Origin: a virus
Lineage: Duplodnaviria > Caudoviricetes
Direction: 5' to 3' (one strand)
IMG/VR virus record: IMGVR_UViG_3300031701_000004
Coordinates: 1 to 38,331 of that record
DNA length: 38,331 bases
This document shows positions 7,512 to 14,858 of the stretch, piece after piece. The position numbers and the translations under genes were made by a program. The notes under the pieces were generated by a model. The model saw only the letters and a program-made list of their open reading frames with translations. It did not search any database and was not told where the DNA came from. How positions within the stretch are numbered: position 1 is the stretch's first letter; each line of letters begins with the position of its first letter.

Positions 7512-9339
7512 TGATCCAGCCCTTCCCTGGTTTCACCCATTGCGACTGCTGCGATGGCTGCGGTGGTGGCTCTGGCGGCTGGTGGGCTTCCTCAGTGAGT
7601 GCGAACACAGCAACCATGTCGGCTGCCGCTGCGGCGTAGATCTCGCAATCCCAGTAGTGATTGTCGGACCCGCCAGGCTTCGTTGTCCACACGCTGGCGG
7701 TGGCTCCTGTTCTTCTGTTCCTGGTCAACACCTTATGCTCGCTGGTAACCTGCTTCAGGTACTCGGCTGGAACATCCTGATGGAGGTGCCATGCGCCAGG
7801 CTCGCCATCCTGCGCTGTCATGAATCTAGTCACCTTGTCCTTGAAGTGCGTGGTGTCGAGATGGAACAGCCGCACGGATCCCTTCAACGGATCACCTGCG
7901 ATGTTCCTGTCGATCTTCGATGTGCGGATCGGAACACCGTTTAGAGATTTCTGCCCCTTGATCGGGCGGCAGATCTCCGGCCACGATCGGCAAAACCGAT
8001 ACACCTCATCGGTGCGATACCCGGAATCGATGCAAGCCAACCGGAGCCGATGCGGTCCCTGCTCGCCCGGCCAGGTGCGCCGCAACAGAACATCGACAAG
8101 TTGCTCGAGGCCAGCATTCAATCGCCCGCACTCGATCAGCCACGACTCCTCTCGATATCCGAACGCCCTGACGATGTAGTACAGATGGTCCTGCTGGACA
8201 TCGACACCTGCGACAAGGACACGGGCACCCGCTGGAACCGTGGAGCGCTCGTACTCCTTCGCTCGCTGGCTCAGGTCTTCCACTTCCACCTTGTGGCTTT
8301 CTTCCTCGAAGATCCAACCGAGCCAGGAGTTCACGAAATTCATCAGGCTCGCTGGATTGCTCTTCGACTCGAGGAACTTGGCGGCCACCTCGCTCCAGGT
8401 GAGCCACGGGCTGAGGAGGGCATTGATGCGATATCCTCGATGGGATCCAGGCGTTCCGGTCACTGACCACGAGCCTCGCATCAGCATCTCGGGCTTGTCT
8501 CGATCCTTGATCACGCCGCTGCACTTGGAGCATTCATACCAGGCTAGGCGGTCCTGGCGGATCTTCACCGGGTCACGCTCGTCGTCGGGCCACTTCACCT
8601 GTGAGAATTCCAAGGTCTGCGAATGCTCGCAATGCGGACAGGGTACGGAATACACCCGCTGGTCGCTGCGCTCGTACTGCTGGAAAATGTAGCCGTTCCT
8701 CGTGGTGGGTGTGGAGGCCAGGACGATCTTCCGATTCCAGAATGTTCGTGTGCGCTCCACCATTAGATCGACGGGTGACGCTTCCCTGCCACTGAATGCG
8801 GGCCACTTGTCCACCTCGTCGCCGAGGACATACCGAACCGGGCGGCTCGCCAGGTCAGCCGGAGAGTTCGAGCCAGCCAGGTACAGCATCGAGCGAGTGA
8901 ATCGGATCTCCTTCAGTTTATTGTCTGACTTGGATTCGCTCAGATGTTTTGATAGCTCCGGCGAACACTCGACCATCGGGCGAATGCGCCGCATCCCCAT
9001 TTGCACTGCGTCTTCTTCTCGTGGCATGACCAGCAATGTCGCACCTGGATCCTCAGCGATCGTGTACGCAATCATGTTCAGTAGGCACTCAGTTTTCCCA
9101 GTCTGACTCGAAGCCATAAGCGTCAATTGCTCGACGGTAGGGTCGCTGAATGCGTCGAGAATTTCCCGGAGGTACGGCGTGCGATTTGTGTTCCACGGGC
9201 CTGGCTCGGCTGAGGTGAGTGGGTGGAGGATTCTGTGGCGATCCGCCCAGGCGGACACTGTGAGATCATCGGGCGGATGCCAGGCGAGTCGCTCTCGAGC
9301 GGTCCATTCAACTAATCCCGGCGGAAATGTCAGGCGGAT
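7504..9339 (-). CDS. terL: Terminase large subunit, lambda gpA family (probable ATC start at 9339; first canonical start is GTG 9258)
   Basis: Motifs WHPPDDLTVSAWAD, RTPYLREI, SSQTGKTE, DEVDK, STPT, CPHC, GVDVQ, IDSGY and NHYWDCEIY. Confidence 0.95.
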   Translation of the reverse strand: MRLTFPPGLVEWTARERLAWHPPDDLTVSAWADRHRILHPLTSAEPGPWNTNRTPYLREILDAFSDPTVEQLTLMASSQTGKTECLLNMIAYTIAEDPGATLLVMPREEDAVQMGMRRIRPMVECSPELSKHLSESKSDNKLKEIRFTRSMLYLAGSNSPADLASRPVRYVLGDEVDKWPAFSGREASPVDLMVERTRTFWNRKIVLASTPTTRNGYIFQQYERSDQRVYSVPCPHCEHSQTLEFSQVKWPDDERDPVKIRQDRLAWYECSKCSGVIKDRDKPEMLMRGSWSVTGTPGSHRGYRINALLSPWLTWSEVAAKFLESKSNPASLMNFVNSWLGWIFEEESHKVEVEDLSQRAKEYERSTVPAGARVLVAGVDVQQDHLYYIVRAFGYREESWLIECGRLNAGLEQLVDVLLRRTWPGEQGPHRLRLACIDSGYRTDEVYRFCRSWPEICRPIKGQKSLNGVPIRTSKIDRNIAGDPLKGSVRLFHLDTTHFKDKVTRFMTAQDGEPGAWHLHQDVPAEYLKQVTSEHKVLTRNRRTGATASVWTTKPGGSDNHYWDCEIYAAAAADMVAVFALTEEAHQPPEPPPQPSQQSQWVKPGKGWING

Positions 9340-9350
9340 GGATGCCCCTT

Positions 9351-9400
9351 AAAACACCGGGCCAGCAGCAGAGCGAGGTGGTGCGTGCTGCCAGCCCGGT
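9351..9400 (-). terminator. Intrinsic terminator-like hairpin between ssb and terL
   Basis: Minus strand ACCGGGCTGGCAGCA...TGCTGCTGGCCCGGT, a ~15-bp stem with G:U pairs, followed by GTTTT. Confidence 0.6.
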
Positions 9401-9410
9401 TAACGGAAGG

Positions 9411-9803
9411 CTAGAATGGCGGCTCGTCAGCCGATGATGTCTGCGCCACTGGAAGCGGTGCGGATCGTGTCGTCGCAGCCGGGCCAACCTTGTGCAGGAA
9501 CGATGCGGTGATTCGTAACTCGCTTCGCTTTTCTCCTGCCCCGGTTTCCCATGTTTCATAGCGGAGGCGGCCCTCCACTACAATCTCCTGTTTCTTCTCG
9601 AGCGTCTGTGCAATCTCCGCCGATTTCCCCCAGCATACGATTGTCACCCAGTCCGAATGCCACTCCTCGGCGTTCCCCTGGTCATCGAGTTTCTTCGGGT
9701 ACGCCTGATACACTCGGACATTGCACACCTGCGATGATCCCAATTGCTTCAGATCTGTAACTTCCTGCACTTTCCCGGCGAACACTACATTGTTCAGTCT
9801 CAT
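9411..9803 (-). CDS. ssb: Single-stranded DNA-binding protein
   Basis: 130 aa from ATG 9803: MRLNNVVFAG, WVTIVCWGKSAE, VVEGRLRYETWE, acidic tail DEPPF. Confidence 0.92.
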   Translation of the reverse strand: MRLNNVVFAGKVQEVTDLKQLGSSQVCNVRVYQAYPKKLDDQGNAEEWHSDWVTIVCWGKSAEIAQTLEKKQEIVVEGRLRYETWETGAGEKRSELRITASFLHKVGPAATTRSAPLPVAQTSSADEPPF

Positions 9804-9837
9804 GCTACACCCTTCATGGTGAAATTGAGGAGGCCCA

Positions 9838-10131
9838 TCAGCCATTGCCTGACGGAGGACAGGCGCTGGATCCCGATGGTGCCCCCTCAGGCAAAGGACC
9901 ATCCCCCACCTTCGATGACAATCGTGCGAAGAGCCGTACCGCACAATCATCCCGTTGTAGGTGGTAGATGTGGCAAACCACATCTAGCGCAACCTTTGCC
10001 CGTTGCCTGGCTGTCTCCGCCTCGACCACTGATGCGGCGAGGAGTTCCAGTACAGAATCCGGGATGGTCTTTTGCCTTTGAGTTCCCACCCGTTCGCCCC
10101 TTTGCCCGGGCATTATATCGCATCTGTTCAT
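9838..10131 (-). CDS. Hypothetical protein
   Basis: 97 aa ORF filling the terS-ssb gap on the operon strand. No motif recognised. Confidence 0.5.
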   Translation of the reverse strand: MNRCDIMPGQRGERVGTQRQKTIPDSVLELLAASVVEAETARQRAKVALDVVCHIYHLQRDDCAVRLFARLSSKVGDGPLPEGAPSGSSACPPSGNG

Positions 10132-10175
10132 ACCTGGATGAACTAACCTGGGCGACTGCGGCGAACTTGGAATGA

Positions 10176-10676
10176 TTAGTCGGAAACCTCAGAGCGGGCG
10201 AAGTGGTCACGCAACTGATGAAACGCCTGGCGCAGCACTCCCTGAATCTCGGATTCCCTGGTCAGTGGTGCCAGCCTCGGGGACAACTGCGCCGCAAGTG
10301 AATCGAGGGCGGTGGTGATCTCTGCGATCCTCATCGTGAATTGCTGCTCCATCTCGCTGCGAGCCACGAGGCTGTCCTGTAACTTTCGAGCCTGAAGTGT
10401 GGCGAGTACGGCCTTCGCTTTCCTGTAGACCATCGACCAGTTCTGCCCGGCATCGTCCTCGTCATCGTCTTCGATCTGGACATTGAATGATGGGCGCAGG
10501 ACTGACCGCCTGGCTCGCTTCATATCTTCAGCCCACGCCCTGACCTCCTCGGTGTTCCACCCTTCCCCGGTGTTCAGTTCGTCGATGCCCCAGCCGTCCT
10601 TGCGCCAGCGGTAGATGGTCGACCTCGCAATGCCAAGGGCTGCGGCCAACTCCTCGACGGTCTGACTCCTAGCCAC
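10176..10676 (-). CDS. terS: Terminase small subunit, Nu1-like
   Basis: N-terminal HTH (VEELAAALGIARSTIYRW), then coiled coil (YRKAKA..LQARKLQDSLVARSE) and LAAQLSPRL, as in gpNu1-type proteins. Confidence 0.8.
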   Translation of the reverse strand: MARSQTVEELAAALGIARSTIYRWRKDGWGIDELNTGEGWNTEEVRAWAEDMKRARRSVLRPSFNVQIEDDDEDDAGQNWSMVYRKAKAVLATLQARKLQDSLVARSEMEQQFTMRIAEITTALDSLAAQLSPRLAPLTRESEIQGVLRQAFHQLRDHFARSEVSD

Positions 10677-10932
10677 GGCGGCACCTGAATCGCTCCCAGG
10701 CCCAGACCACCAGCACTGTCATCAGCACGACAATCCAGAATAGGAAGAACTGCCAATGCAACATCACCACGGTCTCCTTGATCGCTTCATGTTTTACTGG
10801 CACAAGGTCACCGCCTGGCCCTTCGATCACCACTTGCACAATTGGGATGGATCGAGTCTCGATGACCGCTCGCTGGCTGTCGATATCCTGGACCGTGCAG
10901 CCCACCAGTAGCAGCGGGATGATGTACTTCAT
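10669..10932 (-). CDS. Putative lipoprotein with C-terminal transmembrane helix (u-spanin-like topology)
   Basis: 87 aa from ATG 10932. MKYIIPLLLVG/C lipobox and C-terminal WQFFLFWIVVLMTVLVVWAW followed by a basic tail. Confidence 0.6.
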   Translation of the reverse strand: MKYIIPLLLVGCTVQDIDSQRAVIETRSIPIVQVVIEGPGGDLVPVKHEAIKETVVMLHWQFFLFWIVVLMTVLVVWAWERFRCRRG

Positions 10933-11045
10933 GAGATCAGCCAGGTGACGATCAGCCACAATGTTCCCGAGCAGATCGCCGCACCGAGTAGGAAGATGGC
11001 GTGGTCGAGGATTGTGTTTAGGATGATTCCCCATCTCGGCTTCAT
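10929..11045 (-). CDS. 38-aa membrane peptide
   Basis: MKPRWGIILNTILDHAIFLLGAAICSGTLWLIVTWLIS. ATGA overlaps with both neighbours. Below the ORF-track cutoff. Confidence 0.65.
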   Translation of the reverse strand: MKPRWGIILNTILDHAIFLLGAAICSGTLWLIVTWLIS

Positions 11046-11380
11046 CCGATGGCCTTTTGGTACATATAGTCATGGAGGTATCTCCTGGTAGTTCCCGGCT
11101 CTTCTCGGTAGTAGATGTCGCCGATCCATCTGCCGTACTTTCCCGACTTCTTCGTGGTAATGAACATATCCTCCCGGATGTGTTTCTCGAACCACCACGC
11201 CGCCCATTTGCAATACTTCAGCCCCTCTTCCCTGGTATCGCCTCGAGGCTCCGGAGCGTTGAAGTGGGCCAGCCGCACTCGGATCTTATGCGAAATGTTA
11301 AATCCTAGATCGACCACGACATCCATCGTGTCGCCGTCCACCACTCGATCGAGTATGCATGGGTAGGTGTGGTCGGTCAT
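11042..11380 (-). CDS. Thermonuclease (SNase-like) family protein
   Basis: RVVDGDTMDVVVDLGF, RVRLAHFNAPE, GKYGRWIG. ATG 11380 overlaps the upstream stop. Confidence 0.85.
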   Translation of the reverse strand: MTDHTYPCILDRVVDGDTMDVVVDLGFNISHKIRVRLAHFNAPEPRGDTREEGLKYCKWAAWWFEKHIREDMFITTKKSGKYGRWIGDIYYREEPGTTRRYLHDYMYQKAIG

Positions 11381-11484
11381 CGTATCGCCTCTTCTCCGGT
11401 CAGGGTCTCCCATCGATCAATGATCACATCGCAGTAGCCGGGGTCGATCTCCATGCCGTAGCAGGTCACCTGGAGGCTACCCAT
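11377..11484 (-). pseudogene. C-terminal remnant of an N4/N6 DNA methyltransferase
   Basis: 35 aa MGSLQVTCYGMEIDPGYCDVIIDRWETLTGEEAIR matches the end of ParB-associated methylases. No DPPY or FxGxG motif is present. Confidence 0.7.
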
Positions 11485-12076
11485 CGCAGCACTGCTCGCC
11501 GACTCTGGCGAGATCGTAATCCTGCCGCTTGCCACACGCATCACACTCAAGGTAGGCACCGAAGAGAATCAGGTCGCCAGGCTTCGTAATCGGCTCCACT
11601 GGCGGCTCGGGGATGGGCGCTTCCTCCTGTTCATTCTCGCCTGGCAATTCCAGGTCGAGCAGTTCGCCGAGTTCTTCATCGCTCCAGCCGAGGGAGTCGA
11701 GATCGATGTCTTCATCCTTCAGGGAAGACAGCACGCCAGCGAGGCCAGCCATATCGAACTCGGATAGATCCGCCGTCCTGTTGTCGGTGATGGCGTACAG
11801 TTTCGCCGTGGTGTCATCATCCGAATCTGCCGAGACCACTGCGATGTGCGACCAGCCGAGATTGATGGCGGCCACGAGCCTGGCGTTCCCGGCGATGACG
11901 ATTCCATTGCGGGCCACGATCGGCGTGCGCTGACCGAACCGCTCGAGGGAGTTCTGCACGGAGGAGATGCTCCGCTTGTCATGCTTTCGCAGGTTGTCCG
12001 GGTCTTCGGTGATCGAGCCGATGGGGACGGCCAGCCCTCGCAACTCCTCGGCGATGTAGTCCATCATCATCCTCAT
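11477..12076 (-). CDS. ParB/Srx-like N-terminal domain protein with Cys-rich tail
   Basis: DPDNLRKH, SLERFGQRTPIV, IAGNARL, AITDNRTADLSEFD, then PITKPGDL and CDACG...CC. Confidence 0.85.
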   Translation of the reverse strand: MRMMMDYIAEELRGLAVPIGSITEDPDNLRKHDKRSISSVQNSLERFGQRTPIVARNGIVIAGNARLVAAINLGWSHIAVVSADSDDDTTAKLYAITDNRTADLSEFDMAGLAGVLSSLKDEDIDLDSLGWSDEELGELLDLELPGENEQEEAPIPEPPVEPITKPGDLILFGAYLECDACGKRQDYDLARVGEQCCDG

Positions 12077-12387
12077 TTCATTTTGACAGTTTGCAGTCTA
12101 CCGCTCAGGCTGCGACATTCAGTTCTATGCTAGGCATAGAGCCTCCCGAGGTAGGAACCACATCGATGGTTTGGATGGACTGGCGGCGCTCTGGTCGTCC
12201 TGGTCGCAGCCTACAAACGGAAGATGGAATATATTTATCGACCGAAACCGGAGAACCGAGATGTAGACCCCCACAGGAGGGACCCATTGAGGGTGGCCGC
12301 AGAGAGCCACACAGGGCTGCTGTACGGGCCTGACTCGGAACACTCAGGCGGCGGCGGAGGCTGTCAGCGGGTCACACAGGCGGCCAT

Positions 12388-12504
12388 CTACCGCTCGAGT
12401 TCCTCATCCATCTGGCGGCGGTCATCATCCGCACCTTCATCACGCTCTTCCGGCTCCTCGGGCACACCGTGCCATCCGTCCTCGTGTCTGCTCGGGTGGT
12501 TCAT
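12388..12504 (-). CDS. Small acidic hypothetical protein (38 aa)
   Basis: MNHPSRHEDGWHGVPEEPEERDEGADDDRRQMDEELER. ATG overlaps the upstream TGA. Confidence 0.45.
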   Translation of the reverse strand: MNHPSRHEDGWHGVPEEPEERDEGADDDRRQMDEELER

Positions 12505-12806
12505 TTGGCTGCTGTTCCTTTCATGAATGACTCCGGCGCTCTGCCGCTGATTCGTGTTCTGCTGGCGACTACACCAATCGGGATGATGGTCAGGCCGCCC
12601 CAGTCGCCATCCTTCGCTCGGCTGTCAGCGAGGATGATCTTCTTGTCGTTCTCGAACACCAGCCATCCAACAGTGATGCAGGTCGCTGGCTCCGCCTTCG
12701 ATACCGAACCGGAATGCCATGACGGATCGCTGAGGATGTCGAGCCACCTGACAACATACAGGCCAGGGCTTTTGTTCTTCTTCGCTGGTGGCTTCACGAG
12801 CCACAC
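12501..12806 (-). CDS. Conserved phage hypothetical protein
   Basis: VVRWLDI...W...CITVGWL...IILA...IIPIGVV pattern, recognisable from small phage proteins. Confidence 0.7.
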   Translation of the reverse strand: MWLVKPPAKKNKSPGLYVVRWLDILSDPSWHSGSVSKAEPATCITVGWLVFENDKKIILADSRAKDGDWGGLTIIPIGVVASRTRISGRAPESFMKGTAAK

Positions 12807-12817
12807 GCCTCAGGAGT

Positions 12818-13171
12818 TCACAGCGGCTCCTCGAGGTACCCGAGGCCATTGCATTCCGTGCAGAGTTCCATCGCATCCATGTCGATGTACCCGACTTCCC
12901 CGCACTCGGTGCAGGGCTTCATCGTATCGGTCAGCGGCTTCGGTATCGTAAGCGTGACAGCATCGAAGTCCCGGCCACGAGCGACCACCAACTTCAATGG
13001 TACCGACTTCCCATCCCGGTCAGTTCCCATACACAACTGATTAGACTTGATCATCGGGCTATCCGTGCCGAGCATAATGTCCGCCGCTTGGAGTAGCTCC
13101 GAGGCCACACGGTGATCTGCAATCTTCTGATGGACTACAGCATGAACACGATACTGGAAGGGATGGCGCAT
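12818..13171 (-). CDS. Hypothetical protein with DnaJ-type CxxCxxxG zinc finger
   Basis: SD AGGAG. CTECGEVG and CTECNGLG at the C-terminus. Confidence 0.7.
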   Translation of the reverse strand: MRHPFQYRVHAVVHQKIADHRVASELLQAADIMLGTDSPMIKSNQLCMGTDRDGKSVPLKLVVARGRDFDAVTLTIPKPLTDTMKPCTECGEVGYIDMDAMELCTECNGLGYLEEPL

Positions 13172-13208
13172 GGTTCTCCTGACATGGGTGGACCTCGATC
13201 ATCCCACA

Positions 13209-13355
13209 CTACTGCGAAACATGAAGCCGCTGTTCCTCCAGGCTTAACGCTGCCTGGATCAGTTCGGTGATTGTGTATTTTGTGGGAGGCGGCTTCTTCT
13301 TTGCAGTTCTTTGGTGTCGAAGAGCCGAGTACTTCTTCCCCCCCCTAGATCCCAC
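13209..13355 (-). CDS. Small basic hypothetical protein (48 aa)
   Basis: GTG 13355 preceded by GAGGG. MGSRGGKKYSALRHQRTAKKKPPPTKYTITELIQAALSLEEQRL fills the gap on the operon strand. Confidence 0.4.
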   Translation of the reverse strand: MGSRGGKKYSALRHQRTAKKKPPPTKYTITELIQAALSLEEQRLHVSQ

Positions 13356-14139
13356 AGTAGCCCTCGCATTCCTCATCCCAAAGAGAGAGTTGGTAGTCGG
13401 TAAGGTCAACCTCACCAAGAGGCTTTAGAGATCGGTGAACATACATCGGGTCGTCCTTATGCAACTCCCTGATTGCTATGTCGAAGTCCACCGCCTTTTG
13501 GAAATCGGCAGTATGGTTTTTCTTTAGCCACTCCCAGTATTTATTTGAATGATAAGGGCAATAGTGGCAACTGCTCTTGGATGGTTTGGGTAGCCCTGCT
13601 TCTTCCACAATGTCTACGCATTGCGTCCTTCTCAACCTTGCGTCGATTAGCGGCCACTCGTTTGTCACCCATGAAGTGCGTGAAGGTTTGACCCTGCTCA
13701 CCTCGTCCATGCTAATGCCCAAGAAGCACCGAACCTTCTCCTTGATTCGCTGGCGAGGCTGGTAGCCCAAGAGTTCCCGCACCTTCTTCTCGATTGGCGT
13801 GACCTTGTACTCCCTCGTGCATTGTCTACGCATGGGCATCTCACGGCCATCGCCCATTGGCCTCCATGCTGGTATCGCCACGAAGGTTCGGTCGGTCTTG
13901 AGTAGGTCGTCGCTGAGTTTGCCAGCAGAGCAGATGTGTAGAGGGATGCCGTGATCTTCTGACCACGGTTTTATGATCTCCAGGTAGTCATAGATGTACT
14001 GAGGCTCGTCGCCTGTGTCAGCGAAGATCGCTGCGTCCACCTTCGGCACACCTCGCTGCTCAAGGGCAGACAGAACCAGCAGTGCGGTGGACTGCACCCC
14101 TGCCCCGAAACTCAAGTAGGTGTAGTCGTAGTCGCTCAT
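13345..14139 (-). CDS. PAPS-reductase-like (PP-loop) protein
   Basis: LSFGAGVQST, IFADTGDE, RQCTREYK, SSCHYCPYH, EECEGYCG. SD GGGGAAG. Confidence 0.8.
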   Translation of the reverse strand: MSDYDYTYLSFGAGVQSTALLVLSALEQRGVPKVDAAIFADTGDEPQYIYDYLEIIKPWSEDHGIPLHICSAGKLSDDLLKTDRTFVAIPAWRPMGDGREMPMRRQCTREYKVTPIEKKVRELLGYQPRQRIKEKVRCFLGISMDEVSRVKPSRTSWVTNEWPLIDARLRRTQCVDIVEEAGLPKPSKSSCHYCPYHSNKYWEWLKKNHTADFQKAVDFDIAIRELHKDDPMYVHRSLKPLGEVDLTDYQLSLWDEECEGYCGI

Positions 14140-14148
14140 TTCTTCCCC

Positions 14149-14709
14149 CTATCTAACAATCGCATCGGCTGCCGCTAACGCCCGGGCGAACTCTCGGCAC
14201 TTCTGGTAGCGATGCTTCAGGGCCAGGCGCAGGTGGCGATAGCATCCTCGCTCCGCTTCATCCCTCGAGCGACACAGCAACACAGGCACATCGTTCTGGA
14301 TCTTGTGCAGGACCGATAGCACTTGCTCTGGTGTCATCTTCCCTCGCCAGCCACCGCCCATCTCGAGCATCCCATAGTCGGCCTCGATGATCAGCAGCGG
14401 GAACTGCGTGGCTCCCCGCATCCCTGCGATCTGTTTGAAGAAGCGCACCCGATCGGTCCCGCAGCATCTCACGAAGTCCTGGAGCGATTTACGCTCAACA
14501 GTCGCCAGTAGGGGATCGATATCGAGAACATAGTCCCCATGCCGCACGGTTCCACGAACAGTCGCCAAGTGGCCGTAGCAGGATGCGAATGTCCACGGAT
14601 GCTGTTCCCTGGTATCACAGCGGATCGTTAGTAGTTGCTCAGGAAACTGGGAAGGCCATCCAGGCACCCCTGTTTGACGACTTGACGAGTTTTCCCCATC
14701 TTGTTTCAA
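14149..14709 (-). CDS. ERCC4/XPF-type nuclease (probable junction resolvase); start uncertain
   Basis: DTREQ, GDY, VERKSLQDF and LLIIE core motifs. Confidence 0.88.
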   Translation of the reverse strand: MKQDGENSSSRQTGVPGWPSQFPEQLLTIRCDTREQHPWTFASCYGHLATVRGTVRHGDYVLDIDPLLATVERKSLQDFVRCCGTDRVRFFKQIAGMRGATQFPLLIIEADYGMLEMGGGWRGKMTPEQVLSVLHKIQNDVPVLLCRSRDEAERGCYRHLRLALKHRYQKCREFARALAAADAIVR

Positions 14710-14851
14710 TTGGCATCACATCTACCATCCACGGTTGTTGTAATTATTAAACACATCATCATCTCGTCAAGTCGTCAAGGTAACGCCTTAAAGGTAGGCA
14801 TTGGCCTTGTGCTGCTGTTCTGGTTTGACTTTTGCATCGCTATCTCGTCAA
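14674..14851. repeat. 16-bp inverted repeat around an AT-rich spacer; candidate replication origin
   Basis: TTGACGACTTGACGAG (14674-14689) and CTCGTCAAGTCGTCAA (14763-14778), plus an extra ATCTCGTCAA at 14842-14851. Directly downstream of the primase-helicase gene. Confidence 0.6.
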
Positions 14852-14858
14852 ATTCTCG

